From Patescibacteria group bacterium (lineage in GTDB: Bacteria; Patescibacteriota; Patescibacteriia; SG8-24; DYFX01): a DNA stretch of 64,000 bases. How positions within the stretch are numbered: position 1 is the first letter of the stretch; each line of letters starts with the position of its first letter. The notes beneath the pieces were generated by a model. It made no database searches. It worked only from the letters and a program-made list of their open reading frames with translations, and was not told the origin of the DNA. Made by a program: the position numbers and the translations under genes. Shown piece by piece: positions 29,068 through 37,843 of the stretch. The stretch lies in the NCBI GenBank assembly GCA_041659045.1, contig JBAZZB010000001.1, positions 326,111 through 390,110 on the forward strand, in the 5' to 3' direction.

Positions 29068-29719
29068 ACTCGCCTTTGATCGGCTCTGATTTCAAAAGCT
29101 CCGACGCGTCCTTCATTTTTCCGTAGCGCACCGACTCGAACATCTTCGTGAGCTCGCGACCGATGACGATTTTACGATCGCCGTCGCACAAGGCGGAAAG
29201 TTCCGTCATGGCTTTCTCGACGCGGTGCGGGCTTTCGTAAAACACCGAGGTCCGTTCTTCATCGGCGATTTGTTTCCAAAAAGCGGTGCGGCCTTTTTTG
29301 TGAGGCGGGAATCCTTGAAAGACGAAACTGCCGGCCGCGAGACCTGAAACGGAGAGCAGCGTGGCGATAGCGGATGGCCCCGGAATCGGAACAATTTTCA
29401 CGGCGCTGCCGGCTTCGCGCACGAGTTCGGTGACGAAGTGGGCACCCGGATCGGAGATCCCTGGCGTGCCCGCGTCCGAAACGAGCGCCATCGTCTCCCC
29501 CGCCGTGATGCGTGCAACAAGCGCGCGAAGTTTCGAAGGGCCGGTGTACTCGTGATAGCTCGTCGTTTGCGATTTGATTTCGAAATGCGTGAGGAGCTTG
29601 CGCGTCACGCGCGTATCTTCGCACAACACCAACTGTGCCTCGCTGAGCGCAGCGATGGCGCGCGGGCTGAAATCACCCAAGTTTCCGATCGGCGTCGCGA
29701 CGACGTAGAGAAGTCCCAT
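29042..29719 (-). CDS. rsmI: 16S rRNA (cytidine1402-2'-O)-methyltransferase
   Basis: MGLLYVVATPIGNLGDFSPRAIAALSEAQLVLCEDTR is the tetrapyrrole-methylase fold characteristic of RsmI; 225 aa. Confidence 0.85.
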   Translation of the reverse strand: MGLLYVVATPIGNLGDFSPRAIAALSEAQLVLCEDTRVTRKLLTHFEIKSQTTSYHEYTGPSKLRALVARITAGETMALVSDAGTPGISDPGAHFVTELVREAGSAVKIVPIPGPSAIATLLSVSGLAAGSFVFQGFPPHKKGRTAFWKQIADEERTSVFYESPHRVEKAMTELSALCDGDRKIVIGRELTKMFESVRYGKMKDASELLKSEPIKGEYVIAVEGR

Positions 29720-29762
29720 ATAATCGCAGACTATAGAAAAAACCCTCGAGTGTCGAGGGTTG

Positions 29763-30743
29763 TCAGCCGATCTGGTGTCGGAGCGATTCCTTCACGTGCG
29801 TGGGCGCGAACGAAGTTTCGACCGCGTTGCGCACAAGTTGGCGCAGCTCGCTCTCGCGCAAACCCCAGTGGTGCGCGGCGTGCACGAACTCGCTCAGCAT
29901 CGTGGTGCCAGCCAGCACCCGATTGTCGGTGCTCAGCGACACGCGCGCTCCTTTCTGGAGGAACTCACGGGCGGGGTGCGCGTCGTATCCGCGCACGGTT
30001 CTGGTTTGGACGTTCGAGGTCAGGCACGCCTCGATGCCAATGCCGCGTTCGATCAGCATGTTCAGCGTGTTCGAGTCGCTCCTGAGCGTGACACCGTGAC
30101 CGATCCGTTCGGCGCCGAAGAGTTCGACGGCCTCGCGCGCACGTTGCGGCGGGCCTTCTTCGGCGGCGTGAATCGTGACGCGGAGACCGCCTTCCTTGGC
30201 GCGCATGAAATGCGCAGCGTGATCGAGCGCGCGGTGGTTGTCGTCGCCCGCGAGATCGACGGCGACAACACCGTGCTTCTGATACGCGAGCGCGAGATCG
30301 ATCATGCGCCCCGTCACTTCGGGAGCGACGTGCCGCATGCTGCAGACGATGAGTCCCCAGGCCACGTCGTGTTTCCGTCCGCCGAGAAGCAATCCGTCGA
30401 GGACAGCCTCCATCACTTCCTCGCCGGCCAAGCCGCGCAAGGTGTGGAGTTCCGGCATGAAACGGATTTCGACGTAGCGTAGGCCGTCGGCAGAAACGTC
30501 TTCGAGAAGCTCGGAAGCGATGCGCCCAAGCGCGGACCGCGTTTGCATCACCGAGGTGGTGAGTGCGAACGCTTCGAGATAGTCCGCCAGGTCCAGTCGA
30601 ACCTGTCCGCACCGGAGCGCGCGCTTCAGTTCCGCTTCGCCCGTTGCCGGGAGCAGAGTTCTGTCGTGCGCGGCGATGTCGAGCATTGTGCCGATGCGTA
30701 CGGAGCCGTCGAGATGCAAGTGAAGTTCAACCAAAGGTCTCAT
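29763..30743 (-). CDS. add: Adenosine/adenine deaminase family
   Basis: HLHLDGS and SLSTDN metal and active-site motifs; 326 aa. Confidence 0.8.
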   Translation of the reverse strand: MRPLVELHLHLDGSVRIGTMLDIAAHDRTLLPATGEAELKRALRCGQVRLDLADYLEAFALTTSVMQTRSALGRIASELLEDVSADGLRYVEIRFMPELHTLRGLAGEEVMEAVLDGLLLGGRKHDVAWGLIVCSMRHVAPEVTGRMIDLALAYQKHGVVAVDLAGDDNHRALDHAAHFMRAKEGGLRVTIHAAEEGPPQRAREAVELFGAERIGHGVTLRSDSNTLNMLIERGIGIEACLTSNVQTRTVRGYDAHPAREFLQKGARVSLSTDNRVLAGTTMLSEFVHAAHHWGLRESELRQLVRNAVETSFAPTHVKESLRHQIG

Positions 30744-30782
30744 TTCGAAAAGCCTCCCTTTCCAATGAACGTTGGGGGGAGG

Positions 30783-31952
30783 CTACCAAGAAACGTCGCT
30801 GATGTCGAGACGCTCCTCTTCCTTCATCACGCGGGCGATCAAGGCTTCGACATCGAGTTTCTTTTCGTCTTCGGCGACGAAGGTTTCGATCGATTTCGTG
30901 GCCGGGCGCGGCGGCATGAAGAGCGAGCAGCAATCGGAGTGAGGCAGGATGGAAAGCTCGTAGGTGCCGATCAAGCGCGCGCGGCTCATGATTTCTTCCT
31001 TGTCCATGCCGATGAGCGGGCGGAGTACGGGAATGACAGTTACCGCTTCGATCGTGCGCATGTTCTCGACCGTCTGCGAAGCGACCTGTCCGAGCGATTC
31101 GCCCGTCACGAGTCCACCCGCGCCTTCGCGCAGTGCGATTCGTTCAGCGATGCGGAACATCATGCGGCGATACAAAATAACGCGGTACTGCGGATTGCAG
31201 ACGGCAGCAATCTCTTCCTGAATCGGTGTCAGATTGATGAGCGAAAGCGTCGCGCGGATGGCGGTGCGGTTCAAGACACGCGCCAAGTCTTTGACGATGT
31301 CGATCGAAGCGCGATCGGTGTATGGAAAATTGTGGAAGTGGACGTAGTGAAGCGGGGCACCGCGACGCGCGATCATCCACGAGGCAACTGGAGAATCGAT
31401 ACCGCCCGAAAGGAGTGATACAAGTTTGCCGCCAGTGCCAAGCGGGAGCCCGCCCGCGGCTTTTACTTTTTCATCGGAAACGTAGGCACCATGATCAGTG
31501 AGCTCGATCCAGCAGGTGTGGTCGGGCGCGTGTAGATCAACCTTCAAGTTCGGATTCGCATTCAAGATCGCCTCGCCGACGGCGGCGGAGAGATCCTGCG
31601 AGGTTGTGAGGAAACGTTTGTTGGGCCGACGCGTCGTGACGCGAAATGAACCCGTTTTGGAAACAAAGCGTTTGACCGCTTCTTTAATGATGGGATCCGT
31701 CTCAAGCGGCAAGCGCGTCGTTGGAGAAACCGTGGCCGCACCTGCGACCATCTTGAGGCGTTTCAAAACTTCGATTGGATCTGCCTCGCCTGCCTCCACA
31801 CGAATCATCCCCGTGTTCCGCATGACGCCGCTCACCTTCAAGCCCCTAAGCTGCGTCTTGATATTCGAAACCAGCTTCTCTTCAAAGAAGTCGCGGTTAT
31901 TCCCCTTGATTCCGAGCTCGGCGTAGTGGACAACGAAGGTCATGCGTTCCAA
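30783..31952 (-). CDS. thiI: tRNA 4-thiouridine synthase ThiI (THUMP plus PP-loop)
   Basis: SGGIDSPVASWM PP-loop and an N-terminal THUMP region; 389 aa. Confidence 0.85.
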   Translation of the reverse strand: MERMTFVVHYAELGIKGNNRDFFEEKLVSNIKTQLRGLKVSGVMRNTGMIRVEAGEADPIEVLKRLKMVAGAATVSPTTRLPLETDPIIKEAVKRFVSKTGSFRVTTRRPNKRFLTTSQDLSAAVGEAILNANPNLKVDLHAPDHTCWIELTDHGAYVSDEKVKAAGGLPLGTGGKLVSLLSGGIDSPVASWMIARRGAPLHYVHFHNFPYTDRASIDIVKDLARVLNRTAIRATLSLINLTPIQEEIAAVCNPQYRVILYRRMMFRIAERIALREGAGGLVTGESLGQVASQTVENMRTIEAVTVIPVLRPLIGMDKEEIMSRARLIGTYELSILPHSDCCSLFMPPRPATKSIETFVAEDEKKLDVEALIARVMKEEERLDISDVSW

Positions 31953-33106
31953 TGAGTAACGAGCCAGTCCCCCGCTTCGGAGGGATCGCTGAGCTTACCC
32001 TTGGCTTCTGCATCAATCAAGAGGTCCTGAGCGCGGCCGACATCTGGACCGGGCATCAGGTTCAAAAGCTTCATGACGGTCTCGCCGTCCAAGAGCGGTT
32101 TGAGTCCCAGCTCCTTATAGAGCGCCACGTCGCCGCTAGAGATGATTTTTTGCACGAAGGCGTCATCGATGCCGACGCCGGCGGAGGAAAGTCTGAGTCG
32201 CCGTGTGAGTGCGCCTGCATTTTCCGCGCCGCGATACGCGATTGAAAGCGCGAAGAGGACGCGCGTCGGAATGACGCCTTCGCCGACGATGCGCTGCACG
32301 TCTTCTCGTGTCACGCGCGACAGCGCTTCGCGTACATGCTCCGGCCAGTCGCTCAGTTCCGGCATGAGCTGCGCCGTCGCTCCAGCTTCCTGCCACAACT
32401 CAGCCGTGCGTACAGGATCCGCAGCAAAGCCGCGCAAGAGTTCGCGCGCCACGAGTTCAAGCGGCACAAGACGCTGTTCGTCACGTTCGTCGTTCAAGCG
32501 CGGTATAAGAAGAAGCGCCGCTCTCCACGTTTCCCATTCAATTTCAAAGTTGAGTTGTGCGGCAAAACGAAGCAAACGCAACACGCGCGTGTAGTCTTCA
32601 GCGAAACGCACGTCAGCGTCGCCGACAGCGCGAAGCACGCGCTTTTCAAGATCTTCGCGCCCGCCGTACGGATCGATCATGCGATCGGTGGAGGCTTCCC
32701 ACGCCAGCGCGTTGACGGTGAAGTCGCGACGACCGAGATCTTCCTCGATCGATATCGAGGGATCAGAATCCGTTTCAACATCGCGGTAGCCTCCGGTGCC
32801 AGCAGAACGTTCACGCCGCGGCAGGGCGATATCAAGCCGCATTCCGTCTTCGCTCGCCACGAATTTGAGCACCCCGAACGTGCGACCAACCGCGTCGACA
32901 GAACCGCGCGCTTCGAGAAACGTCGTGACGTCGTCAAACGAAATGTTCGCAACCAACACGTCGATGTCTTGAAGCGGGCGTCCGAGCAGTTCATCGCGCA
33001 CGGCTCCGCCAACGACAAACCAGCGCGAACCCGGCAACTCTGCGCCCCATCGTTCCAACAAGCCTTTGATTGAATGCGTGTCGAACATACGCCGCCACTG
33101 TAGCAC
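31940..33106 (-). CDS. cca: CCA tRNA nucleotidyltransferase / poly(A) polymerase family
   Basis: VVGGAVRDELLGRPLQDIDVLV head domain; 388 aa. Confidence 0.8.
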   Translation of the reverse strand: MLQWRRMFDTHSIKGLLERWGAELPGSRWFVVGGAVRDELLGRPLQDIDVLVANISFDDVTTFLEARGSVDAVGRTFGVLKFVASEDGMRLDIALPRRERSAGTGGYRDVETDSDPSISIEEDLGRRDFTVNALAWEASTDRMIDPYGGREDLEKRVLRAVGDADVRFAEDYTRVLRLLRFAAQLNFEIEWETWRAALLLIPRLNDERDEQRLVPLELVARELLRGFAADPVRTAELWQEAGATAQLMPELSDWPEHVREALSRVTREDVQRIVGEGVIPTRVLFALSIAYRGAENAGALTRRLRLSSAGVGIDDAFVQKIISSGDVALYKELGLKPLLDGETVMKLLNLMPGPDVGRAQDLLIDAEAKGKLSDPSEAGDWLVTHWNA

Positions 33107-33137
33107 CGCGCCCCAAAAAGAAAAAAGCCCAAGCGTT

Positions 33138-34016
33138 TTATGCTTGGGCGGCGATCAGAGCCTCGCGCATTTCGCCCGCGCTCTGGAAGCGGTCGTCGGC
33201 GCGTCTCTTGAGCGCACGAAAGATGACGCGTTCGAGATCCTTGGGGATACGCATGCCCGGCGCAGCGATATCGAACGGTATCGGCTGGGCCTGCCTGTGA
33301 CAATCGATGACGTTTCGAACGCCGATCTTCTCCGCGCCATACGCCCAGGTTTCGGCGAGCAGGCGGTAGAGCACGTGTCCGACCGCGTACAGATCGGCGC
33401 GTCCGTCGAGACGCCGCAAACAGTAAGACTGCTCCGGAGACATGTAGAGCGGCGTGCCGATCATGCGTCCGTCGATCGCGCGCGGATCGTCCGCGAGACT
33501 CGTGAACGACAGGCCAAAATCGATGATCTTGAGTCCGTCGTCGGTGATGATGAGGTTCGCGGGCTTGATGTCCCGGTGCACGAGACCCGCCTCATGAATC
33601 GCCTCAAGGCCTTCAAGCAGCTGGCAGCCAAGCTCGATGACGAACGCTGGTTTCAGCCGATTGATCTTGTACTGGCGCAAGAGGTGAAGCGGCATGCCTT
33701 CGAGATACTCGAGAACGATGTAGTGGTTCCCCCAGCCGTCGGTGCCTGCATCGATCATGCACACGACGCGCGGATGCGAGAGCGAGGAGAGAATGAACGC
33801 TTCTCGCTCGATGTATCCGTTGAGGGCTTTGTTCCGCTCGTTTCCGGGGATATATGGAATGCTCGGAGCTTCCCAGACAGGTTCGTGGAACGTCCCGATC
33901 GCTCGTGGTGTTTTGACGACGACGAGGCATTCCTTCTTCGTGTCCCGTGCCAGGTAGACGAGCGACATCGCGCTCACGTGAAGGCTGCGCAGAATCGTGT
34001 AGCGCCCATTCAACAT
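33138..34016 (-). CDS. Ser/Thr protein kinase (kinase domain only)
   Basis: VHRDIKPANLIITDDGLKIIDFGLS catalytic loop and DFG motif; 292 aa. Confidence 0.85.
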   Translation of the reverse strand: MLNGRYTILRSLHVSAMSLVYLARDTKKECLVVVKTPRAIGTFHEPVWEAPSIPYIPGNERNKALNGYIEREAFILSSLSHPRVVCMIDAGTDGWGNHYIVLEYLEGMPLHLLRQYKINRLKPAFVIELGCQLLEGLEAIHEAGLVHRDIKPANLIITDDGLKIIDFGLSFTSLADDPRAIDGRMIGTPLYMSPEQSYCLRRLDGRADLYAVGHVLYRLLAETWAYGAEKIGVRNVIDCHRQAQPIPFDIAAPGMRIPKDLERVIFRALKRRADDRFQSAGEMREALIAAQA

Positions 34017-34125
34017 CGCACACCTCGTTGTTGAGGATCGAGCACGGTGACGCTAGCCGAAAAAAGAGTTTTTGTCAATAAGAAAAACCTCGCGCCATGC
34101 ATCGCGAGGTCACGTTTTTGTGTTG

Positions 34126-34338
34126 CTAGTAGGCGGCGACTTCGGCGGCCGCGAGCTCTTCAGCTCCGCAGATGCCGCACTCGATCGCGAGGTCGTCTTT
34201 TCGAATTTCTCCGCACCCGTTGCAGAAGAACGCGTTGTCCATCTCATCGACGCGCGAGGAACTGCACAGCCCGCAGCGGAAGGCCAGGTCCTTGGCTCCC
34301 AACTCTCCGCAGAACGGACAGGCGTACGACATGGGCAT
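34126..34338 (-). CDS. Small tandem zinc-ribbon protein
   Basis: 70 aa with two repeats of CxxCGE(L/I)xxKDLAxxCGxC. It is divergent from lexA and shares its operator region. It is GC-rich. Confidence 0.5.
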   Translation of the reverse strand: MPMSYACPFCGELGAKDLAFRCGLCSSSRVDEMDNAFFCNGCGEIRKDDLAIECGICGAEELAAAEVAAY

Positions 34339-34437
34339 ACGAAAGATCGATCACTAATTCTTAAAACTGGTTGGGAGTATAACATAGGCTCATTTGAGGA
34401 CAAGCAAAAAAGATATCCACACATGGGGTCTTGCGCT

Positions 34438-34482
34438 GTTCGCCTTTTGTTCATCTATGATGTAGGCGAACGATACACGAAC
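34438..34482. promoter_or_regulatory. Putative LexA operator: two GTTC-N7-GTTC direct-repeat motifs, one per strand
   Basis: gttcgccttttgttc at 34438-34452, and gaacgatacacgaac (GTTCgtgtatcGTTC on the opposite strand) at 34468-34482. They lie 26-70 bp upstream of lexA. Confidence 0.45.
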
Positions 34483-34507
34483 GATTCATTCATCTCATTC
34501 CTCTTCT

Positions 34508-35110
34508 ATGTTCGAACTCACCTCGAAACAGAAGGAGCTGCTCGACGCGATCTCAGAACACGTTGGTAGGCGCGGCGTCATGCCGAGCTATCGCGAGTTA
34601 GCGGGAGCCATGGGCGCTTCGAGTCCGGCGACCATTCATAAGCACGTGTCGCTTCTCGAAAAGAAGGGGTATGTGTTGCGCCACGATGGCGGTCGTTCGC
34701 TGGCACTCACACCGAAAGCCACCATGCGTCGTCCGGCCATCGGTTTGCCGCTGCGCGGACTCATCACGGCGGGACAACCGATCGAAGCAATCGAAACAAA
34801 CGACACGATTGATGTCCCGGCCGATCTCGTCGTTGATGAAGTGAACTCGTACGTCCTCAAAGTACGCGGCACCTCGATGATCGACGACGGTATTTTGGAC
34901 GGTGACTACGTCGTCGTAGAACGCAACCCTTCGCCGCGCAACGGTGACATCGTCGTCGCCCTTCTCGAGAACACCTACGCCACTTTGAAGCGCTTCTATC
35001 GCGAAGCCACGCGCATCCGTCTCCAGCCCGCCAACGCCACGATGTCGCCGATCTTCGTCCATGATCCGCTCATTCAAGGAGTCGTCCGTGCCGTGCTTCG
35101 GAAATACTAA
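34508..35110 (+). CDS. lexA: LexA repressor (S24 peptidase)
   Basis: N-terminal wHTH, then the S24 domain GTSMIDDGILDGDYVVVER with the conserved Ser and Lys; 200 aa. Confidence 0.9.
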   Translation: MFELTSKQKELLDAISEHVGRRGVMPSYRELAGAMGASSPATIHKHVSLLEKKGYVLRHDGGRSLALTPKATMRRPAIGLPLRGLITAGQPIEAIETNDTIDVPADLVVDEVNSYVLKVRGTSMIDDGILDGDYVVVERNPSPRNGDIVVALLENTYATLKRFYREATRIRLQPANATMSPIFVHDPLIQGVVRAVLRKY

Positions 35111-35145
35111 CCGCCCACCCTATGAGCAGGAGGAAATTTAAGTCC

Positions 35146-35229
35146 ATGTACCGTCAGCTCGTCGGTAAAGTTGTTGATTGGTTTGAAATCTCCGAATATG
35201 AAGATCGCGTCGATTCTTTCGCGTCGTAA
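35146..35229 (+). CDS. Possible 27-aa small ORF downstream of lexA
   Basis: AGGAGG lies 12 nt before the ATG. It encodes MYRQLVGKVVDWFEISEYEDRVDSFAS. No other support. Confidence 0.15.
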   Translation: MYRQLVGKVVDWFEISEYEDRVDSFAS

Positions 35230-35345
35230 ATCGAGGCACGAGACCGCGCTTGCTTTCAAAGTAAAAATAACTTGGCTCGGTCAATCTTCGCTTTAAAAAA
35301 TAAGCCGTCCTGCTATACTGGCGACGTCATTACTTATTTCTCCGT

Positions 35346-35939
35346 ATGGCTGAATTGCAACCGAAACCTCTCAAATACAAGGACCTGCCAGGACTCTCCG
35401 AAAAGCAGCTCGCCGAGCACCACGATGTTTTGTACGCCGGTTACGTCAAAAAAACGAACGAGATCCGCACCAAGCTCGAAGGCGTCGATCTTACGAACGT
35501 TAACGCGACATACAGCGATCTTCGTGAACTGAAGGTTGAAGAAACATTCGCCTTGAACGGCGTAAAACTCCACGAACGGTATTTTGATAACTTGGGTGGA
35601 AAAGGCGGTGCGCCGGAAGGCAAGATTGCCGACCTCCTCATGCGCGACTTCGGTTCCTACGAAAAGTGGGCGGCTGAGTTTGCGGCTTGCGGCATGGCCG
35701 CGCGCGGCTGGGTCGTTCTGGCCTACGATTTGGAAGAGGGTCGCCTCATGAACGTCGTTTGCGACGTCCATAACCAAGGCGGTGTTTGGGGTCAGGTTCC
35801 AGTTCTCGTCCTTGACGTTTATGAGCACGCGTACTTTATTGATTACGCCACGGGCCGCAAGAAGTACCTCGAAACGTTCATGCAGAACGTGGACTGGAGC
35901 GTCGCCAACGCCCAGATCGAAAAATATAACCTGAAATAG
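35346..35939 (+). CDS. sodA: Fe/Mn superoxide dismutase
   Basis: LPGLSEKQLAEHHDVLYAGYV N-terminus and a C-terminal DVYEHAYFIDY metal site; 197 aa. Confidence 0.9.
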   Translation: MAELQPKPLKYKDLPGLSEKQLAEHHDVLYAGYVKKTNEIRTKLEGVDLTNVNATYSDLRELKVEETFALNGVKLHERYFDNLGGKGGAPEGKIADLLMRDFGSYEKWAAEFAACGMAARGWVVLAYDLEEGRLMNVVCDVHNQGGVWGQVPVLVLDVYEHAYFIDYATGRKKYLETFMQNVDWSVANAQIEKYNLK

Positions 35940-35941
35940 TC

Positions 35942-36463
35942 ATGGAAACCCTGATCGGCAAGCAAGCTCCGGATTTCAAGCTCGAAGGCGTCTCGCACGA
36001 AACGTTCGAGCACCACGCGCTGTCCGACTACCGCGGCAAGTGGGTTGTGCTGTTCTTCTACCCGCTCGACTTCACCTTCATCTGCCCGACGGAAATCACC
36101 GGCTTTTCCAAGGCCGACGATGAGTTCGAGAAGTTGAACGCGAAAGTCTTGGGTGTCTCGACCGACTCCGTTCACTCGCACAAAGCTTGGCTCAAGGAAC
36201 TCGGCGCGCTCAAGTATCCGCTGCTCTCGGACATGAATCACAAAGTTTCGTCCGACTACGGTGTCTTGATCGAAGAAGAAGGCATCGCGCTCCGCGGCAC
36301 CTTTATCATCGACCCCGAAGGCAAGGTGCGTTACGCGCTCGTCCACGACAATGGCGTCGGACGTTCGGTCAAAGAAACTCTCCGCGCGCTCCAGGCGCTC
36401 CAAACTGGCGAACTCTGCCCAGTCGAGTGGACTCCGGGGGAGAAGACGTTGGGGAAGGCGTAA
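35942..36463 (+). CDS. Typical 2-Cys peroxiredoxin (AhpC/Prx1 family)
   Basis: FTFICPTEI peroxidatic Cys motif and a resolving Cys in GELCPVEW; 173 aa. Confidence 0.9.
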   Translation: METLIGKQAPDFKLEGVSHETFEHHALSDYRGKWVVLFFYPLDFTFICPTEITGFSKADDEFEKLNAKVLGVSTDSVHSHKAWLKELGALKYPLLSDMNHKVSSDYGVLIEEEGIALRGTFIIDPEGKVRYALVHDNGVGRSVKETLRALQALQTGELCPVEWTPGEKTLGKA

Positions 36464-36516
36464 GAAAAGAAAAAAGAGGGCTGAAAGGCCTTCTTTTGTT
36501 TTTTGCAAGGAGTTTC

Positions 36517-37314
36517 TCACTCTTGTATCAATCGAATGATCTCGTCATGAAGAGTTTTGTTTGCTGCCACGATCCCCTTCGCGCCGAACGCCCATGGCTT
36601 GCCTGCCATATCCGTGACCGTGCAGCCCGCCTCGCTCAGCAGAAGCGCCGGTGCGGACGTATCCCACACGCTGCCTGCTGGCGTGACCCACCAGTCCCGC
36701 CGTCCGCTGGCAACCCAAGCAGCTTCCACGGCTACGGAACCGATCAAACCCATCCAGAAGGGTCGGTGCGCAATCATCCGAGTCGCAAGATCGTTCCAGA
36801 CTTGATGACGTGATTCGAAATTGACACAGCCAACGCCGTAACTTTCGTTCCAAGCCGTTTTTTGCGCACAAGAGATGCGCTTGCCGTTCAGAAAAGCACC
36901 CGCCCCTTTCTCCGCGAAATACAACTCGCGTGAGAACGGCAAGTAGATCGCCGAGAGCAGTACTTCGCCAGCTCGTACATATGCGACCATCGTACCGAAC
37001 AGCGGCGTACTCGTTGAAAAGTTCCTGCTGCCGTCCAGAGGATCGATGATCCATACGTGTTCAGCCTCGACCGACGCGTTTTCGCTCTCCTCCGACACGA
37101 CGACGTGGTCAGGAAAAGCTTTCTGGATACGCGCGAGGCAATGCTGGTGGGACGCGATGTCTGCCTTCGTCACAACATCCGACACACCTTCTTTCGTATA
37201 GAGCACCTCGGTATCACCGAAGTGTTGCCACGTGATCTCCGCGGCCTCGCGACATATATCTTGAATGAACGTTTTCATGTGTTGAAGTGTCAGCTTATTT
37301 TTTAAAAAAGTCAA
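36517..37314 (-). CDS. Inositol monophosphatase family (SuhB/CysQ-like)
   Basis: WIIDPLDGSRNF and WDTSAPALLLSEAG motifs; 265 aa. Confidence 0.8.
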   Translation of the reverse strand: MTFLKNKLTLQHMKTFIQDICREAAEITWQHFGDTEVLYTKEGVSDVVTKADIASHQHCLARIQKAFPDHVVVSEESENASVEAEHVWIIDPLDGSRNFSTSTPLFGTMVAYVRAGEVLLSAIYLPFSRELYFAEKGAGAFLNGKRISCAQKTAWNESYGVGCVNFESRHQVWNDLATRMIAHRPFWMGLIGSVAVEAAWVASGRRDWWVTPAGSVWDTSAPALLLSEAGCTVTDMAGKPWAFGAKGIVAANKTLHDEIIRLIQE

Positions 37315-37371
37315 GATTCGTTATTTTGAGTATTTTCCAGATCCTCTGCCGACAATTCAGGTATGGCACAT

Positions 37372-37409
37372 CAAAATAAAACGCCCGCCGGATGCAAGTC
37401 CGTGCGGGC
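37372..37409 (-). terminator. Intrinsic terminator after the small membrane gene
   Basis: After the stop the minus strand reads gcccgcacggacttgcatccggcgggc followed by gTTTTATTTTG. Confidence 0.5.
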
Positions 37410-37422
37410 TTTTCGAAGCGAG

Positions 37423-37737
37423 TCAGTGCCCCAAGGCCTCAAGGTCGCGGATGGCGGCCCCGGGGTCGTCCGTGTAGTCCTTGGGAACAGGCGGTGGCGG
37501 CATGCGGCGCGGAGTCACCGAGCGTTGCTCAATGATCGGAGGCGGTCCTCCGAGTGGCCTAGCGCCCGGCGGTGCTACAGCACCGTGATTGCCGCAGCGA
37601 TGCGCGGGAAGTGCCGTGAGAAGAACCACGATCACGAGCAGTCCAACGAAGACATGCTTGGGATGACCGTGCATCCACTTGAGAGCCTGCGAAAGGAGGT
37701 TTAGCCCCTCCCACATCCAGTGAAAGAACTTTTTCAT
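37423..37737 (-). CDS. Small membrane-anchored Pro-rich protein; hypothetical
   Basis: GGAGGA lies 4 nt before the ATG of MKKFFHWMW.... A TM helix is followed by a Pro-rich tail. About 104 aa. Confidence 0.4.
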   Translation of the reverse strand: MKKFFHWMWEGLNLLSQALKWMHGHPKHVFVGLLVIVVLLTALPAHRCGNHGAVAPPGARPLGGPPPIIEQRSVTPRRMPPPPVPKDYTDDPGAAIRDLEALGH

Positions 37738-37843
37738 TCGATCCTCCAGGTGCATGCGGAAGATGACACAAATTTTGGAATTTGTCAATGAATGAAAATA
37801 AAAAAGGACTGTTGTAAAACAGTCCCGGAGTCCGCACTTTTCT

